From an uncultured Lentisphaeria bacterium (GTDB lineage: Bacteria; Verrucomicrobiota; Lentisphaeria; Victivallales; UBA1829), in NCBI GenBank assembly GCA_905197955.1, contig CAJKAR010000013.1, positions 9,090 through 73,089 on the forward strand: DNA of 64,000 nt, read 5' to 3'. The position numbers and the translations under genes were made by a program. The notes under the pieces were generated by a model. It saw only the letters and a list, made by a program, of their open reading frames with translations, was not told the DNA's origin and ran no database searches. Of the stretch, positions 55,952 through 64,000 are shown in pieces; the stretch's first letter is position 1, and each line of letters opens with the position of its first letter.

Positions 55952-57223
55952 TCAAATGTGGCCGAAATCCTCTCCCTGCGCACCGGCATCCTTGCATTCA
56001 GCTCCGGGAATAAGCGCATCATCGAAATGGATCATGACATTGGCTTTTTCCAGCGATGACTGAAGACGGGCGATATCCACATTTACAATAGAACATCCCG
56101 CCTCCAGCGCCTGAGCCGCGGCGGTTCCGGCGGCCTGTCCGGTGATGATTGCTGGAGGAATCACGCGGACCACATCCCACGCATAGCCATCGGCAGAAGC
56201 GGAGCGTCCCGCGGTAATCAGATTGTCATATCCGGAACGGATCAGGGTCCGGTACGGAATCTCATACAGAAAATCCCGGCGCTCGAAATCACCGATGGCG
56301 CCAATGGAGTCTTCAAAATGGCGATACTTGTCGCTTTCCAGCAGAGTGTAATCGCCGTCGATCCGGCGGGTTGTGCGCAGCTGCGGCATCGTGGGCAGCG
56401 TGACAATATCGCGGGAAGTACGATTCTCCTTCTTGATCTTTTCCAGCAGAAGACGCTGATTGCGGATCAGGAAATCCGTTACATCCTCCACCGTGGTGCC
56501 GGAGAAGAACTTCATACCCTCCGGATGGTTGTGTCCGTACAGATTTGCCGTGCCGCCGGCACAGGAACCGAGCGCAAGACGGATATCGTTTGCCTCAAAA
56601 GCCTTTTTGCAGTTTTCCAGAGTGATGGTATGACCGACATAGGTGAAATAGTTTTTCCCCTGAACGGTCGGCATTCCGGAGCGGAACAGGAGATCGGCGT
56701 CGCCGGTAGTGTCAATGACGATTCCGGCCTTGTAGAACTCTCGGCCCGACTTGCTTTCCAGCAGAAGGCCTTCGCAGTGTCCGCCGTTCATGACGGGCCT
56801 GGCGGCAAGGCAGTCGAAAAGGATCTCCACCCCTTCCTCCTGAAGGAGCTCCGTCAGGGCGAGAGCAAAAATCTGCGGAGAATAGTTTGCAATATACCGG
56901 ACATTGGTCGGGTGTTTCGGCTCCCCGTTTTTCCACTCAGGCGGAATCGAATCGTACCCGTACTTCACAGAGAGCCGGAGTAACTCCTCCGCCATGCCGA
57001 AAATGATCTGTTTTCCGCGGCCGTTGCACATAGGCACAAAAAGATTGATCAGTCCGATGGTAGCCAATCCGCCGAGCAGATTGCTCTTCTCCAGCAGCAG
57101 AACTTTTTTACCAGCTCTTGCGACGGCAAGTGCCGCCGCGACCCCGGCGACTCCACCTCCTGCGACAATCACATCCCGGTATCCCTTCACCGGCACCGAT
57201 TCCTTCCACTCCAAAAATTCCAT
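55952..57223 (-). CDS. FAD-dependent oxidoreductase (PF12831-like), paralogue of the 30175-31482 gene
   Basis: DVIVAGGGVAGVAAALAVARAGKKVLLLE and DTTGDADL. The ATG at 57223 follows gggaggag. Longer starts (57259, 57355) are possible. Confidence 0.7.
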   Translation of the reverse strand: MEFLEWKESVPVKGYRDVIVAGGGVAGVAAALAVARAGKKVLLLEKSNLLGGLATIGLINLFVPMCNGRGKQIIFGMAEELLRLSVKYGYDSIPPEWKNGEPKHPTNVRYIANYSPQIFALALTELLQEEGVEILFDCLAARPVMNGGHCEGLLLESKSGREFYKAGIVIDTTGDADLLFRSGMPTVQGKNYFTYVGHTITLENCKKAFEANDIRLALGSCAGGTANLYGHNHPEGMKFFSGTTVEDVTDFLIRNQRLLLEKIKKENRTSRDIVTLPTMPQLRTTRRIDGDYTLLESDKYRHFEDSIGAIGDFERRDFLYEIPYRTLIRSGYDNLITAGRSASADGYAWDVVRVIPPAIITGQAAGTAAAQALEAGCSIVNVDIARLQSSLEKANVMIHFDDALIPGAECKDAGAQGEDFGHI

Positions 57224-57474
57224 TTCCGGAACTCCTCCCACTTGTTTCCATTGTTCCATTCTCTTTAATCTATCTGTTATTCCGGATATTTCAACAGGAT
57301 ATACAGATTCATTCTTTTTTTCACGTCTTTCCGTCCCCGCAGAATAAGATTCCAATATGGCAGACAGAATTGACTTATACAGAGTTTCGGCAAAGAATAA
57401 TTTTTGAAAATAAGAAACAATCTCCTTGGAAAAAATAAATGAAGCAGATATATTTCAAAAACAGGAGATTGGAA

Positions 57475-57978
57475 ATGCAACACCATTTTTACAGGAATAA
57501 GCAACAAAAATATCTGTGCATCCTGGCTCTTCTGGCAATGATTTCCGGACCGCTTCTGTTTTTATGCCAATCATCTGCCCGCACTAAAAAAGGAGTCCCG
57601 ACGGAACCCGTGTTGACCTCCGAAGAAGAACAATGGAAACGATATTCGGAAATGACCATGAATGCATTCTGGGGCAATGAGCAGGAGCTGAAAAATATCG
57701 CATTGGAACTGGCCAGGCGCGGAGACAGAATTTACGCAGAACACTGGTTACGTTACGGAGCTCTAGATCTTCAGCGGCTTTCCATTTTTCTTTTTTATGG
57801 GGATTTTCTGTATGCCACTCAGAAAAGAAGAGAAATGGCTCGCGCAGACTTCTGGTATCGCCAAGCAGAAGGAAAAGCTGTTCTGATTCAAGACAGCAAT
57901 CAGAGAAAGCTGTTTCAGAATATACTTGCCATACGAAGAGAAAACATCAGGAAACAGTTGAATCATGAAATCCGATAA
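57475..57978 (+). CDS. Hypothetical exported or membrane-anchored protein
   Basis: An ORF with aggag 7 nt upstream of the ATG at 57475 and one N-terminal hydrophobic segment (YLCILALLAMISGPLLFLC). It is helical and Trp/Tyr-rich, possibly Sel1/TPR-like. No firm family. Confidence 0.45.
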   Translation: MQHHFYRNKQQKYLCILALLAMISGPLLFLCQSSARTKKGVPTEPVLTSEEEQWKRYSEMTMNAFWGNEQELKNIALELARRGDRIYAEHWLRYGALDLQRLSIFLFYGDFLYATQKRREMARADFWYRQAEGKAVLIQDSNQRKLFQNILAIRRENIRKQLNHEIR

Positions 57979-59386
57979 CACGTTGCTCATATCTCTTCTT
58001 CTGACCCTTTCCGGTCTTCTGATTCTGGTTCTGGAAGCGCTTTATTCCGCAGGAGGCAGTCTGCATGTCGAATCGATATCCTTTTTGAACAATTATCTTG
58101 CAGACCGGTCCCTGCCGGCAATCATTTTCGACCCGGCAAGGAATGACTGGGGACTGTATCAGGCCAGGGAACTCAGTTATCTGATTGACTGGCTGGATGT
58201 TCAGTTCATCGCATTCTCCGCCCGGAAAGGAGTGATTCATTTTTACTCGCTTTCATCCATCATCTTTCTGACTTTATGTGTGTTTATCCAGCAATATGGA
58301 GGCAGACTGCTTTTCCCGAAACTGCAAAGTTGGATCATTACCATTCTTTCCCTCTTCTTCCTTCTGAATCCCTGTGTTTCAGGGAATATATTTTTCCGGT
58401 CCTCCAAACACGGATGTGCGTTATGTTTTACACTTGTCATATATCTGACACTGGCGATTCTTACCGGAAAAGGGAAAAAATACTGGAAATGGCAGATCGC
58501 CGGTATTGCACTCGGATTAATCACGGCAACTCTTTTTGATCGTCAGGGAGCATTTTTCACAGCAGCGTATACCTCCGCCGCCGGGTTGCTGCTTTTCGTC
58601 ATTTCCGGACAACAAGATGGCAAATACAGCAATATCCTCTCTATCAGAACTGTCACGACGGTAATTCTCTCAGGAATCGCAATTTTAATTTTCGGAACGA
58701 TTTACAATCTTTATATTGCCCCTGCCTGTATTCTCTCTCTGAATGGCTATACTCCCTCTTTTGATTATCAAAATATCTCCAATCTTTTCTCTCTGAAGAC
58801 TCTTTTCCCGGGACTCTTTTTCATGGCGGGAAATATCGGTTTTACGTTTAACAATTCAACAGGGAATACATCTTTTTTTCTTGGATTGCTCCTTCTTTCC
58901 GGCCTAATCTTTGTTTTCTGCAGAACCGCATATTTGCGAAAAGATTATTTCTGGACAGTGGCCGCAGGAGGTGTTCTGCTGCTTTTAGGAGGAATCTGGA
59001 TCTGTTCTTCCGGCATGTATGTCCGTCATCCGGCGATTCTTCAACCGGATGTCATGTACGGATACTACTTTTTGCCTGTCATGGCTCTTCTGATCCCTGT
59101 GTTCCTCCTTGCGGCGGAAGCGATCCGACAGACCGGTTTCCGCAGGAATCCCGTTGGAATCCTGCTTTCTCTGGCATTACTGATTCATACAGGAAAATAT
59201 ATAGGGCCTTATGAAGTCGGACTCTTTGAAGGATCTATGCGTCCTGTCAACTTGCGTCTTCCCATGCTGCGCAGAGCGATCCTTGAGCCGGATTACGATT
59301 ACAGAAACAGCACCATGCCGTATCAGATGGAACATTTCATTGAGTATATCCGGAAGGAGAGACGAACCGAAAAGAATTCTCCTTGA
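57965..59386 (+). CDS. Polytopic integral membrane protein, unknown function
   Basis: 473 aa with more than 10 hydrophobic segments. It overlaps the upstream ORF by 14 nt. The DNA is lower in GC. No recognisable motif. Confidence 0.6.
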   Translation: MKSDNTLLISLLLTLSGLLILVLEALYSAGGSLHVESISFLNNYLADRSLPAIIFDPARNDWGLYQARELSYLIDWLDVQFIAFSARKGVIHFYSLSSIIFLTLCVFIQQYGGRLLFPKLQSWIITILSLFFLLNPCVSGNIFFRSSKHGCALCFTLVIYLTLAILTGKGKKYWKWQIAGIALGLITATLFDRQGAFFTAAYTSAAGLLLFVISGQQDGKYSNILSIRTVTTVILSGIAILIFGTIYNLYIAPACILSLNGYTPSFDYQNISNLFSLKTLFPGLFFMAGNIGFTFNNSTGNTSFFLGLLLLSGLIFVFCRTAYLRKDYFWTVAAGGVLLLLGGIWICSSGMYVRHPAILQPDVMYGYYFLPVMALLIPVFLLAAEAIRQTGFRRNPVGILLSLALLIHTGKYIGPYEVGLFEGSMRPVNLRLPMLRRAILEPDYDYRNSTMPYQMEHFIEYIRKERRTEKNSP

Positions 59387-59708
59387 AATTGTTCCATAAA
59401 ATCCTTTTCACTATTTTTTCATAACTCCCTATTTGCCTGTAGACTGTGGAAAAAACTCCTGCGGCGAATAACGGAACTGGCGGCGTATCACCCGGGACAT
59501 CTTCGCGCCATCGAACCTTCCGAGCCCGGAAAATCTTTCGTTGCATATGCTTGTAAAAAAACAACATATATTCAGATAACACGGAAGATAATCCTCTCAG
59601 AATAAGTATTCGATTTGTCTTAAGCAGAATCGGCTTCTGTTCTTCTTACAGGAAGTTCTCTTATGAAATTCTCCGCTCAGAAAATTATCTGAAACTCAAA
59701 AAGAAGCA

Positions 59709-59737
59709 TTGACAAAAATACAATAATATTGTATAAT
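59709..59737 (+). promoter_or_regulatory. Consensus sigma70-type promoter
   Basis: TTGACA, 17 nt, TATAAT. Both hexamers are perfect, and the site lies 41 nt upstream of the ATG at 59778. Confidence 0.6.
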
Positions 59738-59777
59738 TAAAAAAGAAAAAAAACTATTTCTGCAAAGGAAAACAATC

Positions 59778-62060
59778 ATGCATGCAAACGAAGAAAATCC
59801 CCTGGTCCCGATGGGGGCGCTCACGGGGAAACCCGATCGAAAAATGATCTCGGAAACTCTCTCCGCCTTGAAAGAAGTCGGCATCACTCAGTATCTGCTC
59901 TATCCCCGTTCCGGCTGCGAGCTGGAATATCTCAGCAAGGAATGGTTCGACACCTGCCGCATTTTTCTGGAAGAGGGGAAACGTCTCGGCTTCACCTCCT
60001 TCTGGCTCTACGACGAGTTTAACTGGCCAAGCGGACAGTGCGGTGGAAAAATCATGAAGGAAAATCCTGATTACGCTCTGCATTATCTTCAGGTTCTGGA
60101 AAAGGACGGAACATACACGGTCCGCGAAGGGAGAAATCCTGACCGTCCAAATGTTCTGAATCCGGAAGCAGCGCGTTCCTTTCTCCGCTCCACACATGAA
60201 AAGTATGCGGAACACTTCGGAGATCTTTTTGGCGGACTGATCAAAGGGATTTTCAGTGACGAACCCTCCTTTCTCTATGTCTGGCACGGCGAAACACCCG
60301 GCGAAGAACGTCTCCGTATCGCCTGCTATCCGGGTCTGAAAGAGGAATACGCGGAACTGACGGGAAACGATCTTGAACAGGATCTGATTTTCTGTCTGAA
60401 GAACCATTGCGATCCGTTCTGGCAGCCCGCCGTCCGGAAACTTCTTGGAGAGCAGTTCCGGAAGGCGTTCATGCAGCCGATCCGCGACTGGTGTTCCGCG
60501 CACAATCTGTTCTTCACCGGACACCTGATGGACGAAAGCTCTCCCGCCGGAGCTCTCCGCGCCAGCGGACGCCCTCTGGAAATCATAGACACATTCTCTC
60601 TCCCCGGTATGGATGAAATTTTCACCCGGCGCCATATCGAAGACACCGAATGGCTCACGCTGGGAACGGTGGAACACGGAATCCGCAGAAACGGAAACGG
60701 TGGACTTGCGGAACTCTTCGCACTCGGTCCCTGCGACATGCCGATCGGACGCATGAAAAAAATGATCCGCACCGTTTCCATGTTCGGAGTCGATCACTAC
60801 GTTCTCGCGGTCGCGCAGCTCGACATGCGCGGCAATGTGGAAAAGAGTCTGTATTTCAATCCCTACTCGCGGACTCAGCCATGGTTCCGCGCCCTGAAAC
60901 TTCTTGGAGAAGACGCCCGCTCCGCCGCACAAACCGCGAAAAAAACCTTTCTACCGGAAATTCAGATCCGCTATCCGTCCACGGAACGCCCCCTCAATGA
61001 ACTGCTGATCCGTCTGACCGCCGCGCAGAGACAGTGGGCTCTTATCGGAGAAGATGAAACGGCCAGCGCTCCGTTTGTCCTCCGCCTGGAACGCGACAAT
61101 CTCGTCGAAGAGAATTCCCGAAAATCCTGGAACCGGATGGAACAGTTCATACGCGATCTGGAAAAAACATCCCCCCTTCAAACTTTTGTCACGGAACAGA
61201 ACGGCTCTCCTGTAAACGACATACTCCTGCGGAATTATGCGGATGGTTCCACGGAACTTGTCAGTCTCGCCGAATCCGCGGAAAAGAGATCTCTCATTCT
61301 CCACCGCAACGGACAAAAGATCCCGTTCCTGCTGGAAGCCGACGGCACCCGTGCCTTCCCCGGATGGGTGGTAAAAACGGATCGGCCGAATCTGAAGCGG
61401 CTCTCTTTTGAAAACGGACTCTGCCGTCTCACTCTGAAAGAAGCGCTTTCCGGAGTGACTCTTGTCCTCCGCTCCTACGGCGGGCGGGCAGAGCTCCGCA
61501 TGGATGGAACTCCCGTCTCCGCGGAAAAAGAGTGCAGTTCTCTCCCGCAGGGATTCCGGGAACTCTGCCGGGAAACAGAAGCGTTCGGTCTCTCTGCCGG
61601 AGAACATATCTTTGAACTGATCTCGAATGTTCCGGATTATCCCTATCTGCCTGCGGCATTTCTTACGGGGGACTTTGCAGCTTCCGGAAACGAGCTCTCG
61701 AAATACGCTGAAGACGGAATCGGACTCGAAGAGTACATCGGCGAACTGATTCAGACCGGAACGGTGGAACTTCCTGCCGATGCGCAGCTTCTGCGCATGG
61801 AAACCGACGGTCTCGATACGGAACTCTTTCTCAATGACGAAAGCCTCGGTGAACGTGCCTGGGCCCCCTTTGCCTGGCGAATTCCCGAACGCTTCGCTGG
61901 ACACACCGTTTCCGTAACAATCATCCGACGAACCTCCTGCGCCCCGATGTTCGGAACAGCATGTTTCGATCCCAATCCAAACGGACCGAACGGATGGCTT
62001 GTCCAATATCGTCCTCAGGGCGGAGTCGCGCATCCCGTCGCGGAAGTAATTCTGGAATAA
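59778..62060 (+). CDS. Putative glycoside hydrolase with C-terminal jelly-roll (GH2 sugar-binding-like) domain
   Basis: 760-aa cytoplasmic protein. The N-terminal barrel-like region has WLYDEFNWPSG. The C-terminal ..LRMETDGLDTELFLNDESLGERAWAPFAWRIPERFAGHTVSVTIIR resembles the jelly-roll of GH2/GH106-type enzymes. The family is uncertain. Confidence 0.5.
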   Translation: MHANEENPLVPMGALTGKPDRKMISETLSALKEVGITQYLLYPRSGCELEYLSKEWFDTCRIFLEEGKRLGFTSFWLYDEFNWPSGQCGGKIMKENPDYALHYLQVLEKDGTYTVREGRNPDRPNVLNPEAARSFLRSTHEKYAEHFGDLFGGLIKGIFSDEPSFLYVWHGETPGEERLRIACYPGLKEEYAELTGNDLEQDLIFCLKNHCDPFWQPAVRKLLGEQFRKAFMQPIRDWCSAHNLFFTGHLMDESSPAGALRASGRPLEIIDTFSLPGMDEIFTRRHIEDTEWLTLGTVEHGIRRNGNGGLAELFALGPCDMPIGRMKKMIRTVSMFGVDHYVLAVAQLDMRGNVEKSLYFNPYSRTQPWFRALKLLGEDARSAAQTAKKTFLPEIQIRYPSTERPLNELLIRLTAAQRQWALIGEDETASAPFVLRLERDNLVEENSRKSWNRMEQFIRDLEKTSPLQTFVTEQNGSPVNDILLRNYADGSTELVSLAESAEKRSLILHRNGQKIPFLLEADGTRAFPGWVVKTDRPNLKRLSFENGLCRLTLKEALSGVTLVLRSYGGRAELRMDGTPVSAEKECSSLPQGFRELCRETEAFGLSAGEHIFELISNVPDYPYLPAAFLTGDFAASGNELSKYAEDGIGLEEYIGELIQTGTVELPADAQLLRMETDGLDTELFLNDESLGERAWAPFAWRIPERFAGHTVSVTIIRRTSCAPMFGTACFDPNPNGPNGWLVQYRPQGGVAHPVAEVILE

Positions 62061-62221
62061 CACAGACAAACCGGACGCATCGGAGAAAATGCCCTCCCTC
62101 CGATGCGCTCCGGCGGCTTTACAGACTCTTATTTCTACGTGATTCGGAAGTTCACATCATTCTGCATCCCCTCGCACAGCTTCAAAAGCAGCCGGAAGAA
62201 CCGCAGGCATGTTCCCTCGGA

Positions 62222-62653
62222 TCAAGCGTCCGCTTGAAAACATGGCTTTCCTCCATCACTCCAAACGGTATCACCATTCTCACCACGGAAACAAGTTTCA
62301 CACTCATCCCCTCCGGTCATAGAGCCACCGATCGGGATGAAATCAAAGGGCAACCGCTCTTCGGAATAAAATCCATCCGCTGATTTCCGGAATTTGATAA
62401 ACGAAAATTCAAGGGTCTGGAACAAACCTTCCGACAATCCGGCACATGCAGTTGCAGCCATCAAAGCAACTCTCCCCCTCCGCAGGAATTCCGACGGGAA
62501 CTCGGTTTGAACATGATCCGTTTCAGACTCCTCCGAAAATCCTGAAATGAACGTTTCTCCGAACAGTATTCGATCCCGCTCTCCCCCGGGACAAACTGGA
62601 CCAAAGATCAAGAAACAGGGTGCTTCCAGAGGATTTTCAGGAAGAAATTCCAT
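62222..62653 (-). CDS. Small hypothetical cytoplasmic protein
   Basis: 143-aa ORF with plausible composition. The competing plus-strand ORFs are Arg-rich junk. There are only 44 bp to the divergent neighbouring gene, so the real start may be internal. Confidence 0.4.
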   Translation of the reverse strand: MEFLPENPLEAPCFLIFGPVCPGGERDRILFGETFISGFSEESETDHVQTEFPSEFLRRGRVALMAATACAGLSEGLFQTLEFSFIKFRKSADGFYSEERLPFDFIPIGGSMTGGDECETCFRGENGDTVWSDGGKPCFQADA

Positions 62654-62697
62654 TCCCGACTTGCCGAAAAGAGTTTGCGGATGTATAATATGTCATC

Positions 62698-63108
62698 ATG
62701 AAAAATTCACTCAGCAAAACATTTTTGATTGTATCCGCAGCGTCACTTCTGCCGCTGCTCTCCTCGTGCGCCCTCGTGGACCGGGACAAATCCATTCTCT
62801 CGCCGTCCATGTGGAGCGTGATCGACACCAACCGGACAAATCTTTCGAAACTCCGCGTCGGCATGACCAAAGAGGAGGTGCGGAAGATCATGGGCGAACC
62901 GATGAGCGAAGAGGTCTACAACACCTCGAACCACTGGTTCTACTACACTCGGACCCGCTGGAGCGACGGCATGGCGACCCGCGATGAATGCACCCCTCTG
63001 ATTTTTGATGAGTTCGGTATTCTGCGCGGATGGGGAATGCGCTTTTATAAAGACAATTACAATCTCTCCACCTGGTCCGAACGTTCGGTGGAAAAGGTTC
63101 TGGAATGA
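62698..63108 (+). CDS. SmpA/OmlA (BamE-like) lipoprotein
   Basis: Lipobox LLSSC, and LRVGMTKEEVRKIMGEPMSEEV is the BamE-type motif. Confidence 0.65.
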   Translation: MKNSLSKTFLIVSAASLLPLLSSCALVDRDKSILSPSMWSVIDTNRTNLSKLRVGMTKEEVRKIMGEPMSEEVYNTSNHWFYYTRTRWSDGMATRDECTPLIFDEFGILRGWGMRFYKDNYNLSTWSERSVEKVLE

Positions 63109-63662
63109 ATCTGATTCTGGCATCCGCATCGCCGCGCCGCAGGGAACTGCTTGCCACACTGGGGATTCCGTTTTCGGTCAGGACATCGACTGCGGAAGAG
63201 CTCAGAGAAGGCCCGTGGATGATGCTTGCTCTGGAAAATGCTCTCCGGAAAGCCGAAGAAGTTGCGGCTCGCTTTCCGGAAGATCTGGTCATCGGCGCGG
63301 ATACCGTAATCGAGTTTGAGAACCGGATTCTCGGCAAGCCCGAAAATATGGATGACGCCTTCCGGATGCTTTCGATATTTTCCGGTAAAACTCATTGTGT
63401 TACAACGGGTTGCGCAATCATCTGCCATTCACGCAGTATCCGGATCCGTTTTGCGGAGACCTCCCGCGTCACCTTCAAATCGCTGGATGCGGAGACGATC
63501 CGGCGCTATCTCTCTCTGGTTCCAGTTCTCGACAAGGCTGGTGCCTATGCCATTCAGGATCATGGAGAGATGCTGATCGAATCGCTGGAAGGAAGTCTGG
63601 ACAATGTAATCGGCTTCCCGACGGAACGGTTCCGGCTTCCGCTGAAATTTCTTTTGAACTAA
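63105..63662 (+). CDS. maf: Maf-family nucleoside-triphosphate pyrophosphatase
   Basis: LILASASPRRRELL, GADTVIEFENRILGKP, KAGAYAIQD. Its ATGA overlaps the upstream gene. Confidence 0.9.
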   Translation: MNLILASASPRRRELLATLGIPFSVRTSTAEELREGPWMMLALENALRKAEEVAARFPEDLVIGADTVIEFENRILGKPENMDDAFRMLSIFSGKTHCVTTGCAIICHSRSIRIRFAETSRVTFKSLDAETIRRYLSLVPVLDKAGAYAIQDHGEMLIESLEGSLDNVIGFPTERFRLPLKFLLN

Positions 63663-64000
63663 TTTTCCACCCCGGCTTTTTCCGGAAGCGTTCCGGTCAC
63701 ACAGAGCATTCCGGTTGCAGGATCGGAGTGGCACTCTATATTGACGAAACCTGCGCCGGAAAAGAACGCGGAAAGTTCCTCTGCGGAATAGACAGTCATG
63801 CCGCGGATATGATCCGTATATTTTTTTGCAGCGGTTTTATCCGCCGAATCACAGCAGACGGCAAACATGCCGCCCGGCTTCACCACCCGCGCAACCTCGC
63901 GGACATCCTTTGCCGGATCCGGCCAGAAATAGATCGTCTCCGATGCCGTGACCAGATCGAAAAACGCATCTTCAAACGGGAGCGAGGAGACGGATCCCTC
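63659..64000 (-). CDS. Class I SAM-dependent methyltransferase (5' end outside the window)
   Basis: The frame is open to the window edge: ..EGSVSSLPFEDAFFDLVTASETIYFWPDPAKDVREVARVVKPGGMF.. (Methyltransf_11-type post-I/II motifs). Confidence 0.7.
   Translation of the reverse strand, partial: EGSVSSLPFEDAFFDLVTASETIYFWPDPAKDVREVARVVKPGGMFAVCCDSADKTAAKKYTDHIRGMTVYSAEELSAFFSGAGFVNIECHSDPATGMLCVTGTLPEKAGVEN

Noticed and set aside
1-64000. tRNA, rRNA or CRISPR arrays
   Set aside because: No T-loop-type GGTTCGAATCC-like elements appear in intergenic DNA, there are no rRNA-like stretches, and there are no regularly spaced 25-40 bp direct repeats. All sizeable intergenic regions were read by eye only.

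Overview
This is a 64 kb bacterial chromosomal window with about 45 protein-coding genes. I found no rRNA, tRNA or CRISPR array. Most of it looks moderately GC-rich by eye. Three patches are visibly AT-richer: about 1.1-5.2 kb, 22.1-24.4 kb and 57.3-59.8 kb. GC was not computed.

The content is dominated by glycan foraging:
- two GH29 alpha-L-fucosidases
- a GH42 beta-galactosidase
- a 1168-aa multidomain clan GH-A hydrolase
- a GHL6/GH42-like hydrolase
- a jelly-roll glycosidase-like protein
- a CE7 esterase and an SGNH esterase

It also holds two PF12831-like FAD oxidoreductases and a prepilin-leader/H-X9-D(G) protein. Proteins of that last type are expanded in the PVC superphylum, so I infer a Lentisphaerota/Victivallales-like or related PVC anaerobe (inference only).

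Housekeeping genes present:
- a complete rnfABCDGE operon
- glgC, upp, zwf, glmS, hrpA, sbcC and maf
- a two-gene EPS-initiation pair

Most noteworthy observations:
1. An AraC-controlled, tightly coupled operon (Gfo/Idh/MocA oxidoreductase, DgaE-like PLP ammonia-lyase, RidA, N-acyl-D-amino-acid deacylase, plus an SDR). I interpret it as a candidate uncharacterised oxidative N-acetyl-amino-sugar route.
2. A LacI-headed operon in which a pilin-like H-X9-D(G) protein is co-transcribed with two glycosidases.
3. An AT-rich 3.8 kb cassette bracketed by roughly 210-250 bp direct repeats. It carries an orphan internally duplicated secreted protein and a dead IS630, and sits between decayed gene fragments.
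4. An sbcC with no adjacent sbcD, translationally coupled to a GT-C-like membrane protein and zwf.
5. A Cys4 tail on RnfE.

The many long antisense ORFs are judged spurious.
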